Shown: positions 47,250 through 59,740, numbered from the stretch's first letter. The stretch is 64,000 nt of DNA from an uncultured Alphaproteobacteria bacterium (GCA_902575815.1 CACGTA010000004.1:13925-77924); one strand, 5' to 3'. Notes: generated from the letters alone by a model not told the origin. Made by a program: numbers and translations.

Positions 47250-48362
47250 ATGTCTCAAGCTAAATTAAAAGTAGTAAATAACGAAAATTCAATGGATAAA
47301 GAAAATAGAAGTAAATCTCTAGAAGCTGCTGTCAGCCTAATAGAGAAAAATTATGGAAAAGGCTCAATAATGAAATTGGGCTCTAAAACAAACGTAGATA
47401 TTGAAGCAATATCTACAGGTTCATTAGGGCTTGATATTGCCCTTGGTATTGGTGGAGTTCCAAAGGGTAGAATTATTGAAATTTATGGACCTGAAAGTTC
47501 TGGTAAAACTACTTTAGCTACTCATATTGTTGCTGAGTCACAAAAACAAGGCGGTAATTGCGCATTTATAGATGCAGAGCATGCTCTAGATCCAGCATAT
47601 GCAAAAAAATTAGGTGTAAATTTAGAAGAATTATTAATTTCCCAGCCTGATACAGGTGAGCAGGGTTTAGAAATTGCTGATTCTTTAATTAAATCTGGGG
47701 GTATTGATGTGCTAATTATTGACTCAGTTGCGGCACTTGTCCCAAGAGCTGAACTAGAAGGCGATATGGGAGATTCATTACCTGGTTTACAAGCTAGATT
47801 GATGAGTCAGGCTTTAAGAAAACTCACAAGCTCTATCGCTCAATCAAACACTCTAGTTGTATTCATAAATCAACTTAGAATGAAAATTGGCGTTATGTTT
47901 GGTAGTCCTGAGACAACTACAGGCGGTAATGCTTTAAAGTTTTATTCTTCTGTAAGAATGGACATTAGAAGAATTGGTGCAATTAAAGATAAAGATGAAA
48001 TCATTGGAAATCAAACTAGAGTAAAAATAGTTAAAAATAAAGTTGCACCTCCATTCAAAGTTGTTGAATTTGATATAATGTACGGAGAGGGTATATCTAA
48101 ATTAGGTGAATTAGTTGATTTAGGTGTCAAAGCAGAAATTATTGATAAATCTGGATCATGGTTTGCTTACAAAAATACTAAAATAGGACAAGGTAGAGAA
48201 AACGTTAAAAACTTTCTTAACGACAATCCAACTATAGCTAAAGAAATTGAAAATCAAATTCTACAAAATGCTGGAATAGTTGAAAAAGCTATGATGGAAG
48301 GAAAAGTAGAGAATAAAGAAAAAGAAAAAGAAGCTAAAGAAGCTGAAGAAATAAAAGAATAG
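47250..48362 (+). CDS. recA: Recombinase A
   Basis: [49 protein letters not shown]. Confidence 0.98.
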   Translation: MSQAKLKVVNNENSMDKENRSKSLEAAVSLIEKNYGKGSIMKLGSKTNVDIEAISTGSLGLDIALGIGGVPKGRIIEIYGPESSGKTTLATHIVAESQKQGGNCAFIDAEHALDPAYAKKLGVNLEELLISQPDTGEQGLEIADSLIKSGGIDVLIIDSVAALVPRAELEGDMGDSLPGLQARLMSQALRKLTSSIAQSNTLVVFINQLRMKIGVMFGSPETTTGGNALKFYSSVRMDIRRIGAIKDKDEIIGNQTRVKIVKNKVAPPFKVVEFDIMYGEGISKLGELVDLGVKAEIIDKSGSWFAYKNTKIGQGRENVKNFLNDNPTIAKEIENQILQNAGIVEKAMMEGKVENKEKEKEAKEAEEIKE

Positions 48363-48381
48363 TAAATATTATTTTTGTTTG

Positions 48382-48409
48382 GCGCCTATTTCAAAATAGG
48401 CGCTTTTTT
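48382..48409 (+). terminator. Rho-independent terminator of recA
   Basis: GCGCCTATT-TCAA-AATAGGCGC followed by TTTTTT. Confidence 0.88.
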
Positions 48410-48447
48410 ATTTAGACAATAGAGTTTTCAAGTTATAATACCTTTTC

Positions 48448-51120
48448 ATGAATTCAAATCAGATTAGGTCAACATTTCTCAATTATTTTAAAAAAAATGG
48501 ACATGAGGTTATTCATTCTAGCTCTTTAGTGCCAGATAATGATTCTACTTTAATGTTTGCTAACTCTGGAATGGTACAATTTAAAAATATTTTTACAGGT
48601 AAAGAAATAAGAGAATATAATAGAGCAACTACTGCTCAGAAATGTGTAAGAGCAGGCGGAAAGCACAATGATTTAGAAAATGTAGGATACACCACAAGAC
48701 ACCATACTTTTTTTGAAATGTTAGGAAATTTCTCTTTTGGAGATTATTTTAAAGAGTTGGCCATAGAACTAGCATGGAATCTAATTACTAAAGAATACGC
48801 AATAAATAAAGATAGACTATTAGTAACTGTTTATTCTGATGATCAGGAAGCTTTTGATTTATGGAAAAAAATAGCTGGATTGTCTGAAAATAAAATTATT
48901 AAAATAAGTACTTCAGATAATTTTTGGTCAATGGGTGAAACTGGTCCTTGCGGTCCATGTTCTGAAATATTTTATGATCACGGTGATAAATACGAAGGAG
49001 GCCCTCCAGGTTCTCCAAACGAAGATGGTGATAGATTTATAGAAATATGGAATTTAGTATTTATGCAATATGAGCAAATATCTAAATCTGAGAGAATAAA
49101 TCTACCAAAACCCTCCATTGATACTGGAATGGGATTAGAGAGAATGACAGCTCTTCTAGATGGTTCTAATGATAATTATTCAACAGATTTATTTCAACCA
49201 ATTATAAATGAATCAACAAAACTATGTGGTGTTGAAAGTTCAATAACAAATCCTAGTCACAGAGTAATTGCAGATCACTTAAAATCCTCCTCTTTTTTAA
49301 TTGCCGATGGAGTAATGCCTTCAAATGAAGGTAGAGGATACGTCTTACGAAGAATAATGAGAAGGGGAATGCGACACGCACATTCTTTAGGTAATAAAGA
49401 GCCTGTATTTCATAAGTTATTTCCTATTTTTTTAGATGGAATTAAAAATTCATATCCTGAATTAGATAGAGCAAAAGATCTGATCACTAATACATTAATG
49501 AATGAAGAAACTAAATTCAAGGAAACTGTTGAAAAAGGAATTAAAATTTTAGATGAGGAAATTTCTAACTCAAAAAATATATTTAATGGAGAAGTAGCAT
49601 TTAAATTATACGACACCTATGGATTTCCCTTAGATTTAACACAAGATTATTTGAAAAGTAAAAATATTGAAGTCGATATAAAAACATTTGAACAAAAAAT
49701 GTTAGATCAAAAGGAAAGAGCAAGACAAAGTTGGAAAGGTACAGGAGACATCGAGGATGAAGGCATTTGGTTTGAAATAACTTCTAAAATAGATCCAACA
49801 GAATTTTTAGGATATTCTGATATGGAAGCTGATTGTAAAATAATTTCAATCATATCAGAAAGTAAGTCAGTAGATAAAATTAAAAAAGATCAAGAAGCAA
49901 TTATAATATTAAATCAAACACCTTTTTATGGAGAAAGTGGTGGTCAGGTGGGAGATCATGGTTTTTTTGAAAATGATAGCTTTAAGTTTGAAGTTATGAA
50001 TACTACAAAAATATTTGGAAATTATTTTCTTCACAAAGGTAAAGTAATTAGTGGTGAATGCGAAATTGAAGATACTATTAAAGCAAGAATTAATACATTG
50101 AATAGAGATTTTATTAAATATAATCATTCTTCAACTCATTTATTACATGCTGCTCTTAGAAAAATACTGGGCAAGCATGTCACGCAGAAGGGCTCACTTG
50201 TAAATTCAGAAAAACTTAGATTTGATTTTAGTCATAATAATCCAATTGAAAAAGATCAACTCATGAATATTGAAGAAATTGTAAATGATCAAATTCAAAA
50301 AAATGGAATTGTTGAAATTAAAATTGTGGATCAAAAAAAAGCTATTGAAGAAGGTGCGATGGCATTGTTTGGAGAAAAATATAGCGATGAAGTAAGAGTA
50401 GTAACAATGGGTCAAGAAAATGAATCATTCTTTTCAAAAGAATTATGCGGAGGAACTCATGTGTTTAAATTAGGGGAAATAAGTAAATTTAAAATAACAA
50501 ATCAATCTAGTGTTGCGTCTGGAATAAGAAGAATAGAGGCTGTATCTAATGTTGCAGTGGATAAATATATTAAAGAAATAGAAAGAAATTTATTAGAAAA
50601 AAATAAAAACCAAGATAATCAAATTGAAGATTTGAAGAATAAAATTAAAAAGATTAATGCTGATTATAATTTTAAAAATCAATCTGAAGACAAAGATTTG
50701 TTAATTAAAGAATTAATTCAGATACACGAAAAATTAAAACAAAATATATCTATATCAAAAAATATTGATAATATTGTTGTGAAAAAAATCAAAGAATTAA
50801 ATTTCATATACTTGATTGCTGAAGACTACCCTAATAAATCTTTGAAAACATTTATTGATGAGCAAAAAAAACAATATAACAAAAATAGTGTTTCGTTAAT
50901 AATTTCAAATAATAATAACAAACTATCTATAGTGCTAGGAGTTACTGAAGATATTATAGACCTTTTTGATGCTTCAAAAGAAATAAGAGAAATTTCGATT
51001 ATTCTAGGTGGCAAGGGTGGGGGTGGTAGAAAAGATCTTGCTCAAGGAGGAGGATCAGATGTTAGTCAAATTAATGAAAGTATAAAATACGTAGAAGATA
51101 AATTAAACTCTATTAGTTAA
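48448..51120 (+). CDS. alaS: Alanine--tRNA ligase
   Basis: [54 protein letters not shown]. Confidence 0.97.
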   Translation: MNSNQIRSTFLNYFKKNGHEVIHSSSLVPDNDSTLMFANSGMVQFKNIFTGKEIREYNRATTAQKCVRAGGKHNDLENVGYTTRHHTFFEMLGNFSFGDYFKELAIELAWNLITKEYAINKDRLLVTVYSDDQEAFDLWKKIAGLSENKIIKISTSDNFWSMGETGPCGPCSEIFYDHGDKYEGGPPGSPNEDGDRFIEIWNLVFMQYEQISKSERINLPKPSIDTGMGLERMTALLDGSNDNYSTDLFQPIINESTKLCGVESSITNPSHRVIADHLKSSSFLIADGVMPSNEGRGYVLRRIMRRGMRHAHSLGNKEPVFHKLFPIFLDGIKNSYPELDRAKDLITNTLMNEETKFKETVEKGIKILDEEISNSKNIFNGEVAFKLYDTYGFPLDLTQDYLKSKNIEVDIKTFEQKMLDQKERARQSWKGTGDIEDEGIWFEITSKIDPTEFLGYSDMEADCKIISIISESKSVDKIKKDQEAIIILNQTPFYGESGGQVGDHGFFENDSFKFEVMNTTKIFGNYFLHKGKVISGECEIEDTIKARINTLNRDFIKYNHSSTHLLHAALRKILGKHVTQKGSLVNSEKLRFDFSHNNPIEKDQLMNIEEIVNDQIQKNGIVEIKIVDQKKAIEEGAMALFGEKYSDEVRVVTMGQENESFFSKELCGGTHVFKLGEISKFKITNQSSVASGIRRIEAVSNVAVDKYIKEIERNLLEKNKNQDNQIEDLKNKIKKINADYNFKNQSEDKDLLIKELIQIHEKLKQNISISKNIDNIVVKKIKELNFIYLIAEDYPNKSLKTFIDEQKKQYNKNSVSLIISNNNNKLSIVLGVTEDIIDLFDASKEIREISIILGGKGGGGRKDLAQGGGSDVSQINESIKYVEDKLNSIS

Positions 51121-52321
51121 TTTGAAAATTATTTTTTATTGCGCTTAAAAAATCTTGAGTGTTTAACCATTTCTGATCTTTGTTAATTAATATTGCTAGA
51201 TCTTTTGTCATTTCACCACTTTCTACAGTTTTGATACACGTTTCTTCTAATTTTTTAGCAAAATTTATTAATTCATTATTACCATCAAATTCTCCTCTAA
51301 AACTTAAACCTCTTGTCCAAGCAAAGATTGATGCAATAGGATTAGTTGAAGTTTCTAAACCTTTCTGATGATTTCTATAATGTCTTGTAACAGTTCCATG
51401 TGCTGCTTCAGCTTCTACAGTTTTACCATCTGGGGTCATTAACACACTTGTCATTAAACCTAACGATCCAAATCCTTGAGCAACAGAATCTGATTGAACA
51501 TCTCCATCATAATTTTTACAAGCCCAAATAAAATTACCTTCCCATTTTAAAGCTGAGGCCACCATATCATCGATTAATCTATGCTCATAAACTATGTCTT
51601 TTCCTTTAAACTTATTTTTAAATTCAGTATCAAACACATCCTGAAATAAATCTTTAAATCTTCCATCGTAGACTTTTAAAATAGTATTTTTAGTAGAAAG
51701 GTAAACTGGCCAACCAAGGTTAAGTCCATAATTAAAACAAGCTCTAGCAAAGTCTTTAATTGAATTATCTAAATTATACATTGATAGGGCCACACCAGGT
51801 TTTTCAAATTCATATACATCTTTTGTAAATCCTTCAGATCCATCTTTAGGTTCAAAAACCATTTTAAGAGTTCCTGGTTTATTAATTAATGTGTCAGTCG
51901 CTCTATATTGATCACCAAAGGCATGTCTAGCAACTACAATTGGATGATTCCAGTTTGTAATTATTCTTGGAACATTTTTGCATATAATTGGCTGTCTAAA
52001 TATTGTTCCTCCCAGTATATTTCTTATTGTTCCATTGGGAGAACGCCACATTTGTTTTAATTTGAATTCCTCTACTCGATTTTCATCAGGAGTAATTGTT
52101 GCACATTTTATTCCTACACCATATTTTTTCACCGCCTCGGCAGCATCTATTGTGATTTGATCATTTGTCTCATCTCTTTTAATCACTCCAAGATCAAAAT
52201 ATTTGATATCTATATCAATATAGGGCAAAATTAATTGTTCTTTGATGTACTCCCAGATGATTCTGGTCATTTCATCTCCATCCATTTCAACTACAGGGTT
52301 TTTAACTTTTATTTTTGCCAT
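51113..52321 (-). CDS. icd: NADP-dependent isocitrate dehydrogenase (type II)
   Basis: [50 protein letters not shown]. Confidence 0.96.
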   Translation of the reverse strand: MAKIKVKNPVVEMDGDEMTRIIWEYIKEQLILPYIDIDIKYFDLGVIKRDETNDQITIDAAEAVKKYGVGIKCATITPDENRVEEFKLKQMWRSPNGTIRNILGGTIFRQPIICKNVPRIITNWNHPIVVARHAFGDQYRATDTLINKPGTLKMVFEPKDGSEGFTKDVYEFEKPGVALSMYNLDNSIKDFARACFNYGLNLGWPVYLSTKNTILKVYDGRFKDLFQDVFDTEFKNKFKGKDIVYEHRLIDDMVASALKWEGNFIWACKNYDGDVQSDSVAQGFGSLGLMTSVLMTPDGKTVEAEAAHGTVTRHYRNHQKGLETSTNPIASIFAWTRGLSFRGEFDGNNELINFAKKLEETCIKTVESGEMTKDLAILINKDQKWLNTQDFLSAIKNNFQIN

Positions 52322-52860
52322 TTAATTAATATATTTTTTAATTGATCAACCGTATCTATAATGTGAAAACTGTTTTGTAAATTTTTATTTGAAAAATTTT
52401 CATCTTCAAAAAATTTAAATTGCTGAAATAGATTATCCCAGAAATTATTTTTATTAAAAAATATTATTGGCTTATTATGAATCCCCATTACTTTCCAAGA
52501 TACAACTTCTACTATTTCTTCTAAAGTACCTGTTCCTCCTGGTAATGCTAAATACGCATCACCTAACTCAAATAGTAACTTTTTTCTTTCAGACATATTA
52601 TCCACTATTTTTAATTCATCTATATTTTCAAAAATTATTTCTCTCTCAGATAAAAAATATGGAATAACTCCCGTAACTATATTTTTATATTTTTTTGCTG
52701 TCTTAGCAACCACACCCATAATACCAACTTTTGCGCCACCGTAGACAATATTTATTTTAAATGATGATATTAATTTGCTAATTTCTTCTGCATCTTGATA
52801 ATATTTATTACTTAATTTATCTGAAGATGAGCAATAGACAGTAATAGATTTAATAGTCAT
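52309..52860 (-). CDS. LOG family nucleotide phosphoribohydrolase (TIGR00730-like)
   Basis: VYC.SS, VYGG...G.MG, M.ERK, PGG.GTLEE, KP. Confidence 0.9.
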   Translation of the reverse strand: MTIKSITVYCSSSDKLSNKYYQDAEEISKLISSFKINIVYGGAKVGIMGVVAKTAKKYKNIVTGVIPYFLSEREIIFENIDELKIVDNMSERKKLLFELGDAYLALPGGTGTLEEIVEVVSWKVMGIHNKPIIFFNKNNFWDNLFQQFKFFEDENFSNKNLQNSFHIIDTVDQLKNILIKWQK

Positions 52861-52885
52861 AAATTTAATGTTTATTAGAAAAAAT

Positions 52886-55800
52886 TTAACTAGAAATTTT
52901 ATTCTTATACCAATTCTTAATGTTTTCTCTAAACATTAATGCTGATGGTGTTACAACTAATGTGAGAAATGTCGCAAAAAGTAGTCCAAATACTATAGCT
53001 GTTGATAATTGAACCCACCACTGGGTATCTGGCGAACCTCTGGTTATTTCTCTAGATATGAAGTCAACATTTGTCATTGTAACCATTGGTAATAATCCTA
53101 GTACTGTTGTAGTTGTTGTAAGTAAAACTGGTCTTAGTCTCTGTGCCCCTGTTTTGATAATGGCTTCTCTAATACTAGATGTTTTAGTCTTTAAAAAATC
53201 AAATGTATCAATCAATATAATATTATTATTTACAACTATTCCAGCAAGAGCAATTACTCCAACTCCTGACATAACAATACCAAATGGCTGTGCTGTTACC
53301 ATTAGACCTATAAAAACACCAGCTGTCGACATTACTACTGCAAAAAGAATTAAGAATGCACTATAAAAACTATTAAACTGCAATAGAAGTATCATTAGCA
53401 TTAAAAATAAAGCTACACCAAAAGCTCCTGTTAAAAATTCTTGAGCTTCTTTTTGATCTTCATTTTCTCCAATAAGTTCAGCCCTTACTTTGTTATCTAA
53501 TTCATAACGAGGTAAATCTAAAGTTCTTCCTCTCCAAGACGGAGCAGTATCTGAAATTCCTAATACGTACTCAAGTTCTTTTACTTTTCCGTCAGGATAA
53601 GTTCCAGGCTCTACATCTGCCTGAATATTTATAGCATTTTTTGAATCTACTCTAATTATATTTCCTGTTCTGCTATTTGGAACAATTTCTACAAAATTGG
53701 ATATAGGAACTAAACCATTTGAAGTAGTCACTCTTAAGTTATCAATTCTATCCAATGTTCTTCCTTCGTTTGGATAACGAAGATAAAGTGGTATACTTTC
53801 ATTACTATCATCAGGTCTATATTCACCAAGTTTAAGACCGTTTGTTGCAAGTTTAATTACATTACCAATTGATGTAATGTTAGCTCCAAACTTAGAAGCT
53901 TGTTTTCTATCTACATTAATTTCCCATTCTATCCCAGGTGCTGGTAAATTATCTTCTACATTCATTAACTTTGGATAACTATCCATGAATTTTTTAAGCT
54001 TAATTCCTTCAGCTATTAAAAGTTGCTTATTATCACTGGTTAATTTAATGTTAATTGGTTTACCTTCACCAGGACCACCTTGTTGTTCTCTTGACTCTAC
54101 TTTAATCCCATTGATGCTTTTTGTAGCTTCCAAAATTTCTGCAAGAATTACTTTTGATTTTCTTCTTTTATCCCAATCTGTATATTCCAAACTTATTGAT
54201 CCGATGAAGTCTTCTGATGCCTCTGATTGTTCACTTACATTTCCACTTAAAGAATAAATATTTTTAAATTCTTGTCTCTCCGATTGAAGCTTTAAAATAA
54301 TATTCTCAACTCTTGATACATAATCTTTTTTTTCTTCAACTGAGAGATTACCTCTTGCAAAGACTACGATTTTTGCAAGATCTGGCTCAACATCTGGGAA
54401 AAATTCTACACCTTCTCCAACTTTAGTATAGGTGTAGTTTACAGCAACTAATATTACTAAAGCACTAATCATCACCTTTAAAGGATGAAATAATAAGAAG
54501 TTTAATACTTTTGCATAAAATCCAACAAAACCAGTTACGTTTAAAACAGGTTCATTTGATTCTGAAGATAAGATTTTTGCATTTTTAGAAACTAATTTAT
54601 CTGTAGAATTTACATTTTCTGAAATTTTATAAACTCTTGGTATAATTCTTATAAATACAAATATAAATAAAGCGAAGCTCAATAAATATTTTCCAATTGT
54701 TATAAATAAACTAAATCTTTCAAGATTTAATAATCCAAATCCATAAGATAATAGATTGTAAAAAATTAATGATATTAGTAATGGTACAATAAATTGGAGA
54801 AGTATTCTTGAAACAGTATTTAAAATAGATCCTAAAACTGGGACAAACAGTAGTGCCATAAACAAAGAAGAAATAAGAACACATATAAGTGTTATTGGTA
54901 AATATTTCATAAATTCACCAGCTATACCAGGCCAGAATATTAAAGGTAGAAAGGCTGCCAGGGTAGTTGCAGTCGAAGATATAATTGGTAGTGACATTTT
55001 TTTTGATGCATTTGCGAAAGCATCTTTTACACCAAGTCCTTCTTTCATTTTTCTATCTGCATATTCAACAACAACAATTGCTCCATCGACTAATAGTCCT
55101 ACAGATAAAATTAGAGCAAATAATACAACTATATTAATAGTAAAACCCATTACAGAAAGAGCTAATAAACCTGATAAAAACGATCCTGGAATAGATACAC
55201 CAACTAATAAACCAGACCTAACTCCTAATGCTCCTAAAATAATAATTAAAACAAGGATTATAGCTGCTATGACATTGTTTTCCAGACTATTTAACATAGT
55301 TTTAATTCCTTTTGATTGATCATTGCCAAAAGAAATTTCAACATTTTCAGGAAAACTTTTAGCAGTAATTGCAGTTATTCTTTTTACTTCTTCAATAGTA
55401 TTAATAATATTTTCACCAATTCTTTTAGAAACATCAATAGTTATTGAATTAGATCCATTTACATTTGCATAAGATTGCCTATCTTCAAATGTTCTTTTAA
55501 CTTCAGCAATATCCCTGAAAGTAATAACTGAATCTCCGTTAGTTTTAACAGGAGTATTTAATACATCTTCAATAGTTTCGTATAAACCTGGAACTTTAAT
55601 ATCAAAACTTCCGTCACCAGTGTCTTGACCACCAGCAGATACCATTTTATTATTTTCTCTAACAATATTAATAAGACTCTCAAGATTGATACCATAGCTA
55701 TCAACTGCAGTTGGATTAATTAGTATGTCAACTTGTTCATTTCTTTTACCGCCTATTTTAGCTTCTAAAACACTAGGAATTGTTTCTATATCATCTTGCA

Positions 55801-56281
55801 AAATATCAGCTAAATCTTGAAGTGTTCTATTAGGCACATCTCCACTTAAAGATATAGAAAGGATAGGAAACGTACTTATATTTACTTCGTTAACTGTTGG
55901 TTCATCTGCTTCACTAGGTAGATCACCCTTGGCTCTATCAACTTTATCCCTGATATCAACCATAGCTTGATCAGAGTCAAAACCAGCATCAAATTCTAAT
56001 AAAACATTGCCTCCGCCTGAATAAGCTGTTGATCTTACTTCTCTTACTCCTTCAACAGTTTTAACTTCGTCTTCAATTGGTTTAACTAAAAGCCTTTCAG
56101 AGTCTTGTGCAGAAATACCATTTTGACTTAGTGAAATATAAACTATTGGTATGCTTACATCAGGAGATGATTCTTTAGGCATTGTGATATAAGTAGATGC
56201 GCCTGAAAAAATTATAAAAATAAGTATTCCCATGAAAACTCGGGAATGGCTAATTGCATAGTCTATAATATTTATTTTCAT
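52886..56281 (-). CDS. RND efflux transporter permease subunit (AcrB/D/F family)
   Basis: G.LVDGAIVV.E, P...ST.TT.A.FLP, GIVVNN.I.L.D, RLRPVLLT..TT.LG.LP. Confidence 0.92.
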   Translation of the reverse strand: MKINIIDYAISHSRVFMGILIFIIFSGASTYITMPKESSPDVSIPIVYISLSQNGISAQDSERLLVKPIEDEVKTVEGVREVRSTAYSGGGNVLLEFDAGFDSDQAMVDIRDKVDRAKGDLPSEADEPTVNEVNISTFPILSISLSGDVPNRTLQDLADILQDDIETIPSVLEAKIGGKRNEQVDILINPTAVDSYGINLESLINIVRENNKMVSAGGQDTGDGSFDIKVPGLYETIEDVLNTPVKTNGDSVITFRDIAEVKRTFEDRQSYANVNGSNSITIDVSKRIGENIINTIEEVKRITAITAKSFPENVEISFGNDQSKGIKTMLNSLENNVIAAIILVLIIILGALGVRSGLLVGVSIPGSFLSGLLALSVMGFTINIVVLFALILSVGLLVDGAIVVVEYADRKMKEGLGVKDAFANASKKMSLPIISSTATTLAAFLPLIFWPGIAGEFMKYLPITLICVLISSLFMALLFVPVLGSILNTVSRILLQFIVPLLISLIFYNLLSYGFGLLNLERFSLFITIGKYLLSFALFIFVFIRIIPRVYKISENVNSTDKLVSKNAKILSSESNEPVLNVTGFVGFYAKVLNFLLFHPLKVMISALVILVAVNYTYTKVGEGVEFFPDVEPDLAKIVVFARGNLSVEEKKDYVSRVENIILKLQSERQEFKNIYSLSGNVSEQSEASEDFIGSISLEYTDWDKRRKSKVILAEILEATKSINGIKVESREQQGGPGEGKPINIKLTSDNKQLLIAEGIKLKKFMDSYPKLMNVEDNLPAPGIEWEINVDRKQASKFGANITSIGNVIKLATNGLKLGEYRPDDSNESIPLYLRYPNEGRTLDRIDNLRVTTSNGLVPISNFVEIVPNSRTGNIIRVDSKNAINIQADVEPGTYPDGKVKELEYVLGISDTAPSWRGRTLDLPRYELDNKVRAELIGENEDQKEAQEFLTGAFGVALFLMLMILLLQFNSFYSAFLILFAVVMSTAGVFIGLMVTAQPFGIVMSGVGVIALAGIVVNNNIILIDTFDFLKTKTSSIREAIIKTGAQRLRPVLLTTTTTVLGLLPMVTMTNVDFISREITRGSPDTQWWVQLSTAIVFGLLFATFLTLVVTPSALMFRENIKNWYKNKISS

Positions 56282-56286
56282 TTAGA

Positions 56287-57528
56287 TTAGTTTATTGTTT
56301 CACCAATACTAATATATTCTTGACCACTTACAATTAAATTTACTTTCTCGGGTAATCCAGAAACCCACATGCCGTCTATTGTATCCTTAATTGTTTTGGT
56401 TGGATAGAATGTAACCTTATTATCATTATCTACAGCTTTAACACCTACGGTCCCATCGTCTAATAAAGTTAGTATAGAAGGTGGTATTTTGTGAGCTTTA
56501 AGTTCTGAACCTTTGATAATAATTTTAGTTGTTATTCCACTTTTATAAGAGAGATCTTTGTTATCAGCTTCAATCGTAATTTCGAATGTTCTTGTACTAG
56601 TTTCGGCTGATGGAGAAATAAAAGATATTATTCCATTTTTTTTAATACCATTACTATCTTCAATTAAAGCTTTAGTACCAACACTCACTTTATTTACATC
56701 AAATTCAGATAAATAACCTTCAATCTTGATAGGGTCTAAATCAATTATAGTAAATAGGGGAGTACCAATTGAGATAAATTCAGTTTCCTCAACCATCTTT
56801 TCTGAAATAATTCCATCAAATGGTGCCTTGATAGTAGTTTTTTCTATATCTAGTTTTATGTTCTTTAAAATTGATTTTACATTTGAAATTTGAGCTTCAA
56901 GGTTTGCTAAGGTAGATTCAAATTTTATTTTAATATCTTCTCTATCCGCTTGCGCATTGGCAAGATTAAAAGATGCTAAACTTAATTTTGATTTTGAACT
57001 TAAACCTTTATCAATAAGTTGTTTTGCAGATGCATATTCAATTTCATACAATTCAATTCTCTCAACATTTTGTCTAAGTAGATTATCTCTGTTTTTTTCA
57101 TTTAAAATTAATTCTTTATTAAGTCTTTCTAAATCTTTTTTTGCACTAGAAAGCTTTTCATTTCTATCCTCTAGTGAGATTGTAATCATTTCAGCATTTA
57201 GAGATACTCTATCTCCTCTTGCAAATTGAATATTATCTATGTTGCCAGATGTTTCAGATTTAACATCAATTTTTTTATTATGAATAGTTTGACCTTGTAA
57301 TTCAATAGATTGATCAATTAAACTGGAAATAAATACCTTTGTTTCAACAGAAAATGTAAAATCTTTATTATCGTTATTTTCTGTATTTTGTGAATATGAT
57401 GTTTCTGTTTCAGTGCTAGTTTCTGTATCATCGTCTTGGGCAACAACATTATTTGTAAATTGACCAGAACCAATCCATCCAACAACAGCGGCAAGTATTA
57501 TGAAGGCTATAAATATTGATCTTTTCAT
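56287..57528 (-). CDS. RND membrane fusion (periplasmic adaptor) protein
   Basis: N-terminal TM, coiled-coil hairpin, IKAPFDG, TRTF.I.I, W.SGL. Confidence 0.9.
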   Translation of the reverse strand: MKRSIFIAFIILAAVVGWIGSGQFTNNVVAQDDDTETSTETETSYSQNTENNDNKDFTFSVETKVFISSLIDQSIELQGQTIHNKKIDVKSETSGNIDNIQFARGDRVSLNAEMITISLEDRNEKLSSAKKDLERLNKELILNEKNRDNLLRQNVERIELYEIEYASAKQLIDKGLSSKSKLSLASFNLANAQADREDIKIKFESTLANLEAQISNVKSILKNIKLDIEKTTIKAPFDGIISEKMVEETEFISIGTPLFTIIDLDPIKIEGYLSEFDVNKVSVGTKALIEDSNGIKKNGIISFISPSAETSTRTFEITIEADNKDLSYKSGITTKIIIKGSELKAHKIPPSILTLLDDGTVGVKAVDNDNKVTFYPTKTIKDTIDGMWVSGLPEKVNLIVSGQEYISIGETIN

Positions 57529-57597
57529 TAAATATCGTACATGTCATATATATTAAAGTTACTAAAAAACAATTTTTTGTTAACTTTATTATCTTTT

Positions 57598-58197
57598 ATG
57601 AAATCAAAAAACTGGGTTAATAGACAAAAAAATGATCAGTTTGTAAAGAAAGCTAAACAGTTAGGGTATATAAATCGAGCTGCGTTTAAACTAGAAGAAA
57701 TTGAGCAAAAATATAAAATAATTGAACACTCTAGAGAAATACTAGAGCTTGGATCTTCTCCAGGTGGTTGGACTCAAGTCATCTTAAATTACAATTCAAA
57801 AACTAATATAACCTGTTTTGATTTATTAGATATGAAAATTAATAATCAACGTATAGCTTTCTATAGAGAGGATTTTTTAAAATTTAATTTTACTAATTTA
57901 AAAAATAAATTTGATTTGGTTTTATCAGATGTAGCTCCTAATACAACTGGTCATCAATCAACAGATCATCTCAGGATAAGTCAATTAATATATGAAGTTA
58001 TAGACAGTTTAGAAATAATATTAAAAAAACAAGGATCATTTATATTCAAAATTTGGAAGGGAGAGGAAGAAAAGGAAATTATAAAGATGCTTAAAAAAAT
58101 TTTTGATAAAGTTGAGTATTTTAAGCCAAAATCATCAAGACAAGAATCAAGTGAAATATTTATAATATCAAGAGGATTTAGATTGCATGAAGAGTAA
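57598..58197 (+). CDS. rlmE: 23S rRNA Um2552 methyltransferase
   Basis: W..RQ..D.FV..A...GY..RAAFKL, LG.SPGGW, LSD.AP, KP.SSR..S.E. Confidence 0.92.
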   Translation: MKSKNWVNRQKNDQFVKKAKQLGYINRAAFKLEEIEQKYKIIEHSREILELGSSPGGWTQVILNYNSKTNITCFDLLDMKINNQRIAFYREDFLKFNFTNLKNKFDLVLSDVAPNTTGHQSTDHLRISQLIYEVIDSLEIILKKQGSFIFKIWKGEEEKEIIKMLKKIFDKVEYFKPKSSRQESSEIFIISRGFRLHEE

Positions 58198-59740
58198 ATT
58201 AGAAACTATTTTAATTGTAGATTATGGATCTCAATACACACAATTAATAGCTAGAAGAATAAGAGAGTTAGAAGTCTTTTGTCTTGTCTATCCTTTTAAT
58301 AAAATTACGAAAAAAATTTTAAATGAAATCAAACCATCGGCATTTATATTATCTGGAGGACCTAGATCAGTACTCGACAAAAATGCCCCAAAATTAAATC
58401 AAGAAATTTTAAAAATGAAAAAACCAGTTCTAGCAATTTGTTATGGTATGCAATTAGTAACCAAAAATTTGAAAGGTGTAGTAAAACGTTCTACGCATAG
58501 AGAGTATGGTCACACTATCATAAATATTAAGAAAAAATCACTTTTATTTAAAGGAATAAACAAACGAAAAATCAAAGTATGGATGTCTCATGGAGATAAT
58601 ATCAATAAAATACCAAAACTTTTTTCAATAACATCTTTATCAAACAATAAAATTATTTCATCAATTGAAAATAATAAAAATAAAATTTATTGCCTTCAAT
58701 TTCATCCTGAGGTCTATCATACAGATTTTGGTTCAAAAATAATTAATAATTTTACTTTAAATATTGTAAATATTAAAAATAAATTCAAAATTAAAAAATT
58801 TATTGAAAATAAAGTATCAGAATTAAAAAATGAAATTAAGAATAAAAAAATAATCTGTGGTTTATCTGGAGGCGTAGATTCCACAGTTACTGCATATTTA
58901 TTAAGCAAAGCCGTTAACAAAAATCTTTATTGTATTTTTGTTGATCACGGTCTTCTAAGAAAAAATGAAGCTAACGAAGTGTCAAAAATATTTTCCAAAA
59001 AATTTGGCAAAAACTTTACTAAAATAAATGCTTCTAATATTTTTTTAAAAAATTTAAAAAATGTTTCTGATCCAGAGAAAAAAAGAAAAATTATTGGCAA
59101 AACATTTATAGAAGTTTTTGATAAAGCAGCTAAAAAAATATCAAATGTAGATTATTTAGGGCAGGGGACTCTTTATCCAGATATTATAGAAAGTATTCCA
59201 TTTTTTGGTGGTCCAACAGCTAAAATCAAAAGTCACCATAATGTTGGGGGTTTACCAAAAAAAATGAAATTAAAAATTGTGGAGCCATTAAGAGAATTAT
59301 TTAAAGATGAGGTAAGAAATGTTGGAAGGCAATTAAAAATAGATAAACATTTACTTTTAAGACATCCTTTCCCAGGTCCAGGTTTAGCAATCCGAATACC
59401 TGGGGTAATTGATAAAAAAAAGATCTTAATTCTTCAAGAGGCAGATCATATTTTTATAGAATATCTAAAAGAGAAAAATCTTTATAATAAAATTTGGCAA
59501 GCTTTTGTTGTTCTTCTACCAGTAAAATCAGTAGGTGTTATGGGGGATGAAAGAACATACAATTACTCTGTTTCACTTAGAGCTATTACTTCAGTGGATG
59601 GAATGACAGCGGATTTTTATATGTTTACAAATAATCAATTAAAAGAAATATCATCTCGTATAATTAATAATGTTAAAGGTATTAACAGAGTATTATATGA
59701 CTTTACATCTAAACCTCCTGGAACCATTGAGTGGGAATAA
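58187..59740 (+). CDS. guaA: GMP synthase (glutamine-hydrolysing)
   Basis: D.GSQY, ICYGMQ, QFHPEV, LSGGVDS, IKSHHNVGGLP, SKPPGTIEWE. Confidence 0.97.
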   Translation: MKSKLETILIVDYGSQYTQLIARRIRELEVFCLVYPFNKITKKILNEIKPSAFILSGGPRSVLDKNAPKLNQEILKMKKPVLAICYGMQLVTKNLKGVVKRSTHREYGHTIINIKKKSLLFKGINKRKIKVWMSHGDNINKIPKLFSITSLSNNKIISSIENNKNKIYCLQFHPEVYHTDFGSKIINNFTLNIVNIKNKFKIKKFIENKVSELKNEIKNKKIICGLSGGVDSTVTAYLLSKAVNKNLYCIFVDHGLLRKNEANEVSKIFSKKFGKNFTKINASNIFLKNLKNVSDPEKKRKIIGKTFIEVFDKAAKKISNVDYLGQGTLYPDIIESIPFFGGPTAKIKSHHNVGGLPKKMKLKIVEPLRELFKDEVRNVGRQLKIDKHLLLRHPFPGPGLAIRIPGVIDKKKILILQEADHIFIEYLKEKNLYNKIWQAFVVLLPVKSVGVMGDERTYNYSVSLRAITSVDGMTADFYMFTNNQLKEISSRIINNVKGINRVLYDFTSKPPGTIEWE

